64,000 nucleotides of DNA from Lingula anatina (Eukaryota > Animalia > Brachiopoda): contig CM120641.1 in assembly GCA_051362555.1 (NCBI GenBank), forward strand, positions 42,476,401 to 42,540,400. The letters run 5' to 3'. Under the pieces are notes generated by a model. That model was not told the DNA's origin. It made no database searches and saw nothing but the letters and a program-made list of their open reading frames with translations. Shown piece after piece: positions 29,157 through 41,700 of the stretch. How positions within the stretch are numbered: position 1 is the first letter of the stretch; each line of letters opens with the position of its first letter. The position numbers and the translations under genes are program-made.

Positions 29157-29743
29157 TTATTGACCATTTTACCTGTTGTGCATGATTATAAAATTCAGTG
29201 TTGACTGATAGTGCTATTATAAGCATTATTTATTATTGCATCAAAATTAACAAAATGACCTTTTTTGCATCTTTATTTTCTGTTTTTTGTCTGTACATTT
29301 GACAGCTTTGCTGCCTTGTTTGTAACATGTTATTTCCGAGTTGTGATCTCATTACAATAATGGTTGGTAACTACAAGAAAATTGATGATAAAGCTATGAA
29401 TTTTTTCTTTCTTTTTAGCCATCTGATCTCACAAAGTAGAAGCTAATTTTTTTCATTTATATCTGAAATATTTATTCATTGTGTCAATTTTTTAAATGTA
29501 GTAGAACAAAATGCAGAGCTGTGATATTTTCACATCAGGTTTTAGTCAGGAAGTGCAATACAACATTATTCATCACATGTGGGCCATCATGACATGGTGG
29601 CTCAGTGGTGTAAAATGATTGGTTAGTCATGAGTCATATGACCTGCAGCTCATTTATATATATACCTGTAGAGCAACAGACTGGAGGTGTGTCCTCTCAC
29701 TTTTAGTTGTGTGCAGTGAAGTGGTGACAACCCTTCAGGAACC

Positions 29744-32700
29744 ATGGCTCTCATTATTACTGATATTGTAAGTGTTATATTGTGAAAGAATTGTCTGTAG
29801 TACTCATTTTAGAATGACTTTAGGGGTTGCACTTTTACCATTGGCATCTTATATACATGGTCATCTTTGCATGTGAAATCTTTTATATAAGAGGTAGTGG
29901 TTGTTCAGTTTGTTTTTTATGGTATATTACTGAATGTTTGTACATAGGAAGTACATTATGAGAGTGTTGTTAGGCTGCATGCTGTGATGAATCTCAAAGA
30001 GGGTTAGATATTTATTTATACTGACTGCTCTACAAAGGAATTTGATCCACCTTACATATATGTTGTGTGTAATATAGTCTCAAAAACCATGCTGTATTGA
30101 GGGCATTTTTTATGCTTTATATCACAACGAAGTGGATAAATCATAAGTAGGAAACTCTTGAACGTTCATGCTTCAGCTTTTCATATTTCAATTTTAGTGC
30201 AAGATTCTTCATGCTATGCCCTATATAAGATCTCATGTAGGAATTTGTGTTTAGTGCACAGCTTGGCAAAAGATAGATCTTTAATACACTAAGAATTGAA
30301 TGTCAAGTGAAAGGACAAGTACAGAATAATGGCCAATAAATTATTTTAGGTTTGGTGCATATTTTTTTGTCTGCATTCCTGTGTATAGCGTGATGATGAT
30401 GTATATTCAGTTTTTAATGGATCTCTTCCTATATGGATTACATAATTGGGATATATTTCTGAAGTCCACTGGAGATGGACTTGATACCAATAATATTACT
30501 GCAGGTAGATATGTGCATATACAAGAAAGGGCACAGGTGCAGTTTATATACATTTTGTACCATAGCCAAGAAACTTGTATGGTTTTTTTTTGCAGATTGA
30601 TTGAATAACTCGCTGAACCACATATAATATTAACTGTAAGGTCCCTGTTTGTGTATGCTTTATACGTAATAAGTTTACACCATCAATAAAATATACCTAA
30701 CAGTGTAACAACGGTGTGAATTGAAAGTCTGAGAATATCATTCTTTTTGAAAAATAATCAAAGAGTGAATGAGCGTTGTATAAAGAATATTGCCTTTAGA
30801 TCTGATGAACACCCAGTCTTGTACTCATCATGCAGACAGTGATTTATTATTCTGCCAGAATCAAAAAATTTCAGATGCATGACTTGGGGGTAAAATGTCT
30901 GTCATCAAAAATTAGACAACCATGCATGGAAGAAAGAAGGGGGTGATGACAAGGCTGTGAAAGTAGTCTATGTAGCTGTACTCATATATGTGATAACCAA
31001 ATAGCCTGGTGTCCCTAGTCGTCTTTTGATTTTAAGTCATTCTAATGAAAGATTTGGCTAAGGATAACTGCAGTTTTCTTTACAAATTGTAGTATGTGTA
31101 TTATGTTTAGTATTTGACTAAAAGGTACTATACCAAGGTGAGGCCAGGCATTCTGAGGAATTGTTACAAATTGGATTAGTTTAATATAATTTATTTGCTG
31201 TGAGATAAAATATTGAATAATCTATTAGTAGGCAAAGTCCAGTGATGACTAGGACACTAATTAAGTGATGTGGAATTAGAAGTACCTGACGTGTTTGAGG
31301 GTAGAAATGATGTGATGGTATTATTATTATATAATAGTGTATGATATCATAAGTATGGGGAGTTGGCTTGAAGAAGGCTGGTTTGGGATATATGGACTAT
31401 GATGGAGTGAAGTTCAGTTTAAAATCTTGCAACCTGTGTTGAGTTTTGCCAAAACTTGATAATAACTTTTTCCAATCATTATTGCCTATTTATCTTTGAT
31501 TTGACTCAAAATTTAATAACTGATTTTTCCAGTGTATTAAAAGAGAGAACATTAAATTTTGATAACTCAGAAAAAGTCAACCCTACTTATTCAATATTCA
31601 CTTTTTATATATTTATAACTTTTTTTTCATACAAAAAAGAATTGCTTTCATACTTCCATGATTTGCAAAAAGAGCATTATCAATTTGGTCCAGAATAACT
31701 AAATAATGACTAACTCCATGATGTAACCCCAATAGTTACATCACTGAAGATAAAATTCAACTTGTATCAGGAAAAATAGATTTCATATCATATCAGCTTG
31801 TATTTTTATGTACAGACACAGATGTGTCTGTACATATAGCCATCATCTGCGTCTGTCGGCGCCGTCGGCGCCGTGCACTTTTACCGATAACACGATGAGT
31901 GGAAAACCATTTTACCTTTTGACTTGAAACTTGCAGAACTGATGAATATTCATAATACGCAGGTCAAGTTCGAAAATCAGCATGATCGGGTCACTTTTAG
32001 GGAATTTACGGTAAAGTGCCATGAATTTCGAACGGCTCTTGAATTCCAATCGATCTTAAAATCGGCCGTCTGGAGTTTTTTCTGGACCATGAATTTCGGC
32101 CAGTCAGCAATTTTGCGCGATCTTGATTTCGTGAATTTCGTACACCTTAAAATAGGCCACCGGGCTATTCTCGCGCTTGTAAAGATCTAACAGTCGGCAA
32201 TGTTGCCCTAGCGTACCTTTACCTGAGTACTACGTGTGCGGCCCAAGGTGCAAGATAACGATCAGTACAGTTAGTTTAGGACGCTAAACAACATCGTCAT
32301 ATCCATTCATTCAGATAACAGGAGAATCTATTAAGAGTTGTACTGTCGGGCTGTTGTTTCTTTACCGCAGTATTCGGTGTGAGATAGCGATCGGTAGTTT
32401 TGCTGAGGCGCACAATAGCATTGTTAATAGTAGAGACTTCAGTAACAGAACAAAAGAGCAATATTAATAGCTGCAATAAAGGCTCTGTTCTCACAACTTT
32501 TAGATCGATCTATCACCGCGGGGAGTCTCACTAGATAACTGTCAGATAATCCCCCTTAAGTGTCCGTCCCCGCCTACTACAAGCTTTAAGGGGTAATTAA
32601 CTTTCGTGTCCGCCCGGCTGACAGCTATTTAGCGTGAACCCCCAGGGAGTTAGGTCGATCCAATGTAGGTCGATCTAATCTATGAGAATGGGGTGAAAGA

Positions 32701-35700
32701 TTACCATTATTGCTTTCTTGTCTCGCTCAGATCGTTCACGATCTCCCGCTGACGATCTTCCGCTAATGAGGTCCCTTGAAATGTACAGATGAAATGAAAA
32801 ATATTTTTAAAAATTATAAATTCCAATGGGGAGGGATAGAGGGTTAAAAACAATCGAGAACGATCTCCGGCTGACGATCTGCCGCAAACGAAAGCCACTG
32901 AACGAGTATGAGCTTTCTCGTTTCACTCGGATTGCGACGCTGATGATACGAAAATTGCGTTCTCGTCTCGCCCTTTGGCTTACGAAGTCTCTTTAACAAA
33001 TATGAAAATTGCCTCCTGGTCTCTCTCGGATTGCGAACGATCTCTCGCTGAAAATTTGAAATTTTCCTTTTTCTCAATCAGCTTTGTCAGTTGCCGTGCG
33101 TATGAAGGTCCGAAAGGTGTCCCCTTTCACAAATTGGCCTGTAGTTTGCTTAGTGTTTTGTACCGCATGAAGGTCACTCTTGTCACTGCTGCATACGGCG
33201 TGGAATGTGTATCTTAAGGTTCATAGAAACATTTTATTGTGTTTTGTAAGCTTTAGGAAGTAGTTTCGTCGTGACTGAATATCTGCGTACACTACAAAGT
33301 AGTACCATTCATCTGTGACGCATCATAAAAGCTAGGTACGTCAAATTACTCTAAGAAAATTTCTTACAACGTCCACGGCTGTCCCGACAAGCCAAGACGT
33401 CATTAAAAAAAAGTCGCAAGCCGTCTAGCCGTCTTTGAAAATATAGGCCGTCCGGTGATGTCAGCGGCCGTCCAAATGACGGCTGGACGGTTCGCTGGGA
33501 AAAGCCTTGCTCATAAGGGTATATTTATTTAACTAGGGGCTTACTGACATCACCCAACTTACATGCGGGTGCATGCCTCCCAAAATTATATTAAAGGATA
33601 AAATTGTAATATATCTAAGTATAATTGTTAGTAAAGTTTGTAAAAATTGCCCATGCCACCCCGTTAGTTTGGAGGGTTAAGCTGGATCAAGTCCGTGTCA
33701 AAATTCTTTGAAACTTTGCAGGAAAAATCAATCTTCCTTTGTTTCTCTGGCTCCTTGTTTAGCCCGATGATCAGATTTATCTAGTGCCCCCAGGTCTGCT
33801 GGAGCAGCTCTTTGAAATAATACACAGGTAGATTTTTATCTGAGATAAATATCGCGTTCGATACACTCAAGACAAAAGCTACCTGTGAGCTGAAGGGCAC
33901 TTTACCCTTTAATTAAGAGGTAAAGCAAGTTCCAGCTAGATGGACGATTAAGATCGGACTTCAGATGGTAACTAGTATTGTTTACCTCAGTTCTGTGAAA
34001 GCTAACGAGAAGGGTGTCAGAACAATGGTGCATATATAAATTATACAGAGAATTTGTACATTCAGGTGACATTAACTTATAATCGAAGGGGATTTTCGAT
34101 AATATTCCTTGAAAAGTACACTAGATTTATAGAGAATAATATCATGGTTGGCCAAAAAAATTATATACGCACAGTGTATCCGTGCGTATGCCTGGTTACG
34201 CCCCTGTCGCAAACCAGCAAACCATATCCTGCTGACTACATGAAAATTGCCTTCTAGCATGGACAAAAAGTCCAAGCTTCTATGCTTGCTCGGATCGCTG
34301 ACGATCTCTTGCTGACGAATATAGTAACGAAGTCCCTTGAACTAGTGTGGAAATTGGCTTATTATCGCGCTCAGATCGCTCACTATCTCCCATTGACGAT
34401 CTTCCAGTCCCTTGAACGAATATAAAAACTGCCTTTTCGGTTTACTCTAGATTACCTATATCTCGCGTTTGTTTGAAGATGACAAAACGTACACGCTTTT
34501 CAAATGCGTACATTGACGCAACTATGCTAAGATTGGGTTGCCTGAGCGAAAAAAAAACGGCCCTGCACCCCCCCCCCCCCCCCCCAAACCTAGTATATTT
34601 GATCGCAGACAACAATCAGCGGTCATCTTGGTCGCAGCGCACGACGGAGAGAGACCGTAATACACAGTTCGGCTGCCGTGGCGAAGGCTACCTGTGCGCC
34701 GCACATACCGATCTGCGGTCGTAGTGGCCTCCCCGCACGGAGGAGAGGCCGTAGTGCCGAGGCCGGCTTCTGCAGCGAAGGCTACGTATGCGTCGGAGAC
34801 ACCGACCCGCGAACGGCGAGATGAGGACGCATTCGCGCGTAAAGCTCCGCCCGACTTTAACGGTAAAGGCACCGAACCTGGTCGCGGAAGACACTTATCG
34901 CAGATGAAGGCAACCTGCACGTGCGCCATAGACACTGATCGGCTGTCGTCTCCGTTTCAGTGCACGGAAAGGAGCAACGGTAACACTAAGCTTCCATAGT
35001 AAAGGTTATCTGGCTGTGGCAGGCGCTAATCGTCGGCCGTCTCTCCCTCCGTCCACTCCCGTTCTGAGCGCCAGGATCGTTTTTGAAAAACGACACTAGT
35101 TTCTGGCTGTCAGAATCGCTTTTGAAAAACGACACTACTGATAACGATGCTGTTTTGCGGCCCTAGACAAGAGTACCGCTCTATCTATGGGCCATACACA
35201 GTGATCGGGTGAAAGTACGTGTATACCTTTGGTCGCAATTACCGACACTCACACATTATGGTAACTCTAAATAGATCGTCGGGAGAAGATAACAGAAGGC
35301 CTAGCGACGAACAGACAACTTCCGGTCAAAATTGACAGAATTCCATGAAATTCGAACTTTCAGGAGTTTTGAGCACCTCCTTTTCATGAATTTCGGCCAG
35401 AACGATCTTTTCCCAAATTTAATTATTTTTTACTGTTCGAAATTCATGGCACATTACCGTATGCTGTTTTTTCACTTTTTTCAGCATATATGCAGCACCG
35501 ATAACACGATAAGTGGAAAACCATTTTACCTTTTGACTTGAAACTTACAGAACTGGTGAATATTCATAATACGCAGGTCGAGTTCGAAAATCAGCATGAT
35601 TGGGTCACTTTTAGGGAATTTATGCTGTTTTTTATGTACAGACACAGATGTGTCTGTACATATTGCCATCACCTGCGTCTGTCGTCGCCGTCGTCGCCGA

Positions 35701-38700
35701 TGCCGATGGCGATGCCGATGCCGATGGCGATGCCGTCGCCGTGCACTTTCATTGTAAACACGATAAGTGGAAGGCAGTTTTAGTTTTTGGCTTTATATTT
35801 ACAGAGCTGATAAATATTCATAAAACGCAGGTCAAGTTCGAAAATCAGCATGATCAGGCCATTATTGTAGAAGTTATGCTGTTTTTTCACTTTTCAGCAT
35901 ATATGAAACACTGTAAACACAATATAAGAAAAACAGATTGGCCGATTGTCATGAAACTCATAGGAGTGGTCAATCCTGCTAAAACGCAGGTTGAGTTCGA
36001 AAATCAGCATAATCGGGGCATTATTTTAGAAGTTATGCTGTTTTTTCACATTTCCTCAGATTCAACTCTTAGGCATGTTAACAGTCTCATTATTGAACTA
36101 ATAAGATACGTAAAAGTGTTTGTTTGACATTTCCTGCATCTTTACAACATTGTTAGTTGATTATGTAAAAATGATGGTAAACTTGTTATCGTGTATTGTG
36201 TAATAAAGTGCCAAAAATGGAAATAAACTCAAATCATTGCAGTTTGTCAGATTCAATCATTCACCATGTTCAGAATCTCAGAATGGAGGAAATTGGACAT
36301 TTAACACTGTTGTATTGATATTTTTCCCATCTCATCAATTTTCTTAGTTGATCGTATAAAAATGGCAGTAACCTGTTAATTTTGTTTTATGTTAAAAAAA
36401 TTGTTAAAAATGGAAAAAAAAAACATTTCAGAACAGTGCTGTCTTGTTTCACATTTTGGCATTTTCAAGTTGTGACTTTGAAGTTCCATGGGCCTGAAGA
36501 CCTTTGCTAGTCACATTTTCTGAATATCCATAAAACTAATATTTTATTATTAAAATTGATGGTCATTATGCTGTTAAAAATTATGTAATATTGCATCAAA
36601 ATTTGAAGAAAAAAACTATTTTGGGCACTGCTCCCATGATGACCATTTAAGAAAAACCATGTCACTTACTGTTCTCAAACTTACAGGTAAGAAACATGGG
36701 ACTAAAATACAGCTTCAGTAGGCAATGCAGTCTGTTTGGTAATTCTTACTGCCAGTTAAAGTTTTTTTGTGAAAATTAAATTTTTCACATATTGGCATTT
36801 TCAAGGTGTGACTTTGAAGTTCCACGGGCTTGAAAACCCATGCTAGTCACATTTTCTGAAAATCCATGATACGTATATTTTATTATTAAAAATTGACGGT
36901 CATTATGCTGTTAACCATTATGTAATATGGCATCAGAATAGAAGAAAACACAATTTTGGGTGCTGCTGCCATGATGACCATTATGGGAAAACCATGTTAC
37001 TTATGATTGCCAAACTTTCAAAAAAGAAATACAGGACTAAAATGCAGCCTGAGTTGGAAAAGCAGTCTAATTGGCTTCTTTTTCTGGAAGTTATACATTT
37101 TCAAAGTGTGAACTTGTTACACATTTTACTTACATTGGTATTACCTGTTGAGCATAATTAAAATTTGATGTTGAATTTGCAGTTTAACATAATGTTCTTT
37201 TGCATCAGAATTGACAGTAGCCTATTTAGTGCATAGTTATTTCCTGTTTTTAGTCTGTACATTTGACAGCTTTGCTGCCTTGTTCACTTTTTTCAGCATA
37301 TATGCAGCACCGATAACACGATAAGTAGAAAACCATTTTACCTTTTGATTTGAAACTTACAGAACTGATGAATATTCATAATACGCAGGTCAAGTTCGAA
37401 AATCAGCATGATTGGGCCATTTTTAGGGAATTTATGCTGTTTTTTCACTATTTTCAATATAAATGCAACACTGATAACACAATATAAGAAAAATGGATTG
37501 GCCAATTGTAATTATACTCACAGGAGTGGTCAATCTTACTAAAACGCAGGATGAGTTCGAAAATCAGCATAATCGGGCCATTATTTTAGAAGTTATACTG
37601 TTTTTTCACATGTCTTCAGATTCAATTATTAGGCATGTTAACAGTCTCATTATTTAACTAATAAGATGCCTAAAAGTGTTTGTTTGATATTTCCTGCATC
37701 TTTACAACATTGTTAGTTTATTATGTAAAAAACATGGTAAACTTGTTATCATGTATTGTGTAATGAAGTGTCAAAAATGGAAATAAACTCATATCATTGC
37801 AGTTTGTCAGATTCAATCATCCACTATGTTCAGAATCTCAGAATGGAGGAAATTGGACATTTAACACTGTTCTGTTGATAGTTTTCCCATCTCATCAATT
37901 TTCTTAGTTGGTCATATAAAAATGGCAGTAAAATGTTTATTTTGTTTTATGTTAAAAAAGTGTTAAAAATGGAAAGAAACCCATTTCAGAACAGTGCTGT
38001 CTTGTTTACATTTTGGCATTTTCAAGGTGTGACTTTGAAGTTCCATGGGCCTGAAGACCTTTGCTAGTAACATTTTCTGAATATCTGTGATACAAATATT
38101 TTATAATTAAAAATTGATGGTCATTAAGCTGTTAAACATTATGTAATATTGCATCAAAATTTGAAGAAACCCCTATTTTGGGCACTGCTTCCATGATGAC
38201 CATTTAAGGAAAATCATGTCACTTACTGTTCTCAAACTTACAGGAAAGAAACCTGGGACTAAAATACAGCTTCAGTAGGCAATGCAGTCTGTTTGGTATT
38301 TTTTTTTCTTTTTTTTTTTTTTTTTGGCAGTTAAACAGTTTTTTGTGAAAATTTAATTTTTCACATATTGGCATTTACAAGGTGTGACTTTAAAGTTCCA
38401 TGATCCTGAAGACTTTTGCTTGTCACATTTTCTGAATGTCCATGTTACTAATATTTTATTAATAACATTTGATTGTTATCATGCTGTTCAACATTATATA
38501 ATGTTGCATCAAAATTTGAAGAAACCCCTATTTTGGGCACTGCTCCTATGATGACCATTTAAGGGAAATCATGTCACTTACTGTTCTCAAACTTACAGGA
38601 AAGAAACATGGGTCTAACATACAGCTTCAATAGGCAATGCAGTCTGTTTGGTAAATTTTTCTGGCAATTTAACAGTTTTTTGAGAAAATTTAATTTTTCA

Positions 38701-41700
38701 CTTATTTGCATCTTTATTTTCTGTTTTTTTTGTCTGTACATTTGACAGCTTTGCTGCCTTGTTAGATTTTTGCAAACTCTTTCTCAGGTCATTGACTAAA
38801 TTTATGTTACCGATAATCCTTACTTTTTTACTGTTTTTAGTTGATGTCATTAAGAAAAACAAAGACCAATAACACTAACACATACACACATATTCAATGC
38901 ACAGCTATCATTTCATAAAAACATGAACATGAAAGGCCAATTTTTACTTAACACATGAAGGAATCCACACAAAAATATGTACACAGAAAAGTTTTAGCCA
39001 TGATGAAAAGTTTCACAGAAGTGTGAAAACAGAAGAGGTTAAATCCTTTGAAAGTGTGTGCATTGTATGTTAAATGTGTGACGTTACTGTAGGGAACACA
39101 TTTAAATAGTAAAAAATGGCGATTATATGGAGCACCTGGAACTTGGCAATGTGTTAAATTAAATAATCACTGATTTATGAATTCATACAAAGAATACATA
39201 TGGCATAATCACTGTAATATGCCCACATGATAGAAAAGGCATGTTTCATTATTTTATACATATCCAGGTTTGTCTCAAACAAAGCTGTGCATGTAATGCA
39301 GTGATTCATTCAATCTTGCATAATTAACTCATTTAGACACAAGCTGTCTGTCACATGGCTTGCATAGTAATTGAAAGTGTTTCTTTTGATACTGTCTGAC
39401 AGTGAAATCACGCATTACAACCAAATGAATTTTGGAGACTTACCCATTTTAAATATATTTTATCAAATAAGTTAAATATTTCTTTTTTATGGCCTGAATG
39501 TCGATAACTTAAAGTTGATTTTAAATCAAATGTGTTAAGAGCGTGTGTAATTTTTTGGATTCATTTTAACATTAAATACACTTCTGTCACTGATTATTTT
39601 TTAAAACATTTTCAGCGTAGAAAGTACTATCAAGTGGAGGGTAATGAGGAGACCAGTAGCTCCAGTACTTCAGAGGGTGAGGTGGTAGGTATACCAGTAG
39701 GGGGCAGAACTGAGTGGCTTATACATGGGCTTGTCTTGAGTTAAATAATGTTTTCTTAGAAATGTTTTGCATATTACAATGTGCATTAAGAAAGGTGTTT
39801 GTTCAGAATTAAAAATAACAGATATGGCAATTTTAGTGTAGTGTAATGTTATCTGTATTTTCTTGTATACATAAATTTATACTTCCAGTTTTGCATTTAA
39901 TACTATATGTTGGACATCATATGTTGCTTTTTTTAAGACATTTGACTTAGGACTGGAAAGCAATTGCAGTGAGGGTTTTAAACAGGATTGAAAAAAATTA
40001 CTATTTGGTAATTTTGATCCATATTCTTGTTTTGTTCCTTTTGCTCTAGATGAAACCTTACAATGTGAAACTGTCTGGTGGATTACACATTGGACAGCAG
40101 ATTTTTGTCAAGGGCTGTGTAAATTCAGAGGCAGACAGGTAATAACTCAAAACCAGCATGCAGATCTAGAGTAATAAATATTTAGAATGCCAATAAGTAA
40201 ACATGTCATTTCAGTGATTGTTTGCATGGTAACATCATGTTGACATATAATTCTGTGCTTCACTTAATTCAAATCCTGTGATGTTCTCCATGTTGATATC
40301 AGACTGAAAAGTACATTTTAAATATGGCAAAACAGATAAAAGATAAGTCAACTTATGCCTTGCCTGTCATCATTAACTGAGCAGGTCATTCATTTAAACT
40401 CAAAGTTCAACCCAGTCTCCTTGCTGGTCTATAATTATGTTCATATTTGACTTTAAGATTCCACATCAACCTGCAGACTTCAAAAAGTGAGGATGCCGAT
40501 GTCTTGCTGCACTTCAACCCTCGCCAGAGTCAGAACTGTGTGGTGCGGAACACCAGGGTGGACGGGGGTTGGCAGGAGGAGGAGAGGGAGGGGCCAGACT
40601 TCCCCTTCTCCGAGGGTGCTGATTTTGAAGTCCGGATCTTGGTCAGGGATTATGGCTATGAAGTAAGTGCTGCCACCTATTTAGAGATCCTTCGTTATTA
40701 ATCAGTATTGAGAATTTTGTACTTGAAATTTTTTTTTTTTTTTTATTAATATAAAATGTGGACTTGACATTTTAAAAAGTGAATGAAGGAAATGAATATC
40801 ATTATTTTGGTTTGGACTTGGGTGTAATGCACACAAAACGTCAATTAATTTTTACCACTTTTTTTTAAATTTTAACACAACTTGAACTGTAAAATAGCCA
40901 ATATTTCAAATATATCATTGTCATGTGCAGAGTTTTATGTCCCAATTGTATATTCCACATAATGTTAACACATTAGGGACTGGAAAATTTGTTTGAGTTA
41001 GCAGTGCTCACATTTATTTAATATTAAACAAAAGATGTGTAAGATATGTTCCAGATAAATGAAAATTTTGAGTTGAAAGGTAAAAATAAACTAAACTAAA
41101 TGTACCATTTTAGGTGTTTGTGAATGGAAGATTCTTCTGTAGCTACAACCACCGAGGCTCCTTTGAGGATGTCAAAGCACTCAGTGTCCATGGCGATGCC
41201 CAATTCTATGAGATTGGAGCATTTGATAAGCTGGTATGTCTTAAACCATACTTGACCTGGTAAATGAGTTTCATAGCACATAGTTAATATATGTACCTAT
41301 ACATAGTACATATATTTGGCTTTAGTGTAGGTTTAACATTTTTATAAGTTATATATATAGTTATCACTTTTAACTAGGCATAAACAAGTTCAAGCTGGAT
41401 TTCAGGGAAGTTATTAAAACCCCTGTGTGTAATATAGTATATTTTCTATTTTATTAGAACATGCCATATACAGGCTGGATACCCAAGAAAATGAAGGAAG
41501 GCAGAGCTGTCAGGATAAGAGGTGTTGTCAAACCAGACCCATACAGGTAAACATAGTATTTGTTTTGGGAATGTTTCTGTGTAGGAAAACTGTTGGGATT
41601 TAATTTGGTCTGTGGTAGTGGATCTTAGTATGTGTAACTACTCTTCATGTTTTCTTATATCTATCTCAGTATATGGATGTTTGGGTGGTGTAATGTTAAA

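Larger units (their letters stand above)
24089..29320 (+). mobile_element. Non-autonomous Helentron-associated (HINE/DINE-1-like) element, family A copy 1, ~5.2 kb
   Basis: 5' hairpin tatgtacagacac-agat-gtgtctgtacata, a short GTC/GCC microsatellite, a tandem ~161-bp core, and a 3' end tgtctgtaca-ttt-gacagc-ttt-gctgcc-ttgtt (subterminal IR plus stem-loop). Borders are T-rich with no TSD and there is no long ORF. Confidence 0.8.
31803..38763 (+). mobile_element. HINE-like family A copy 2, interrupted by two nested insertions
   Basis: Same 5' hairpin at ~31807 and same 3' end at 38731-38763. Host segments 31803-32008, 35460-35631 and 37285-38763 rejoin into continuous core repeats when the inserts are removed. 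Confidence 0.8.

Noticed and set aside
34473-34999. Overlapping ORFs in the GC-rich block of the TIR element
   Set aside because: Short, on both strands, with no transposase or other recognisable motif; explained by GC content.
35538-36127. ORFs of 81 and 159 aa (and similar ones at 24127 and 31924)
   Set aside because: They are translations of the core repeat and microsatellite; frames are not conserved between copies.
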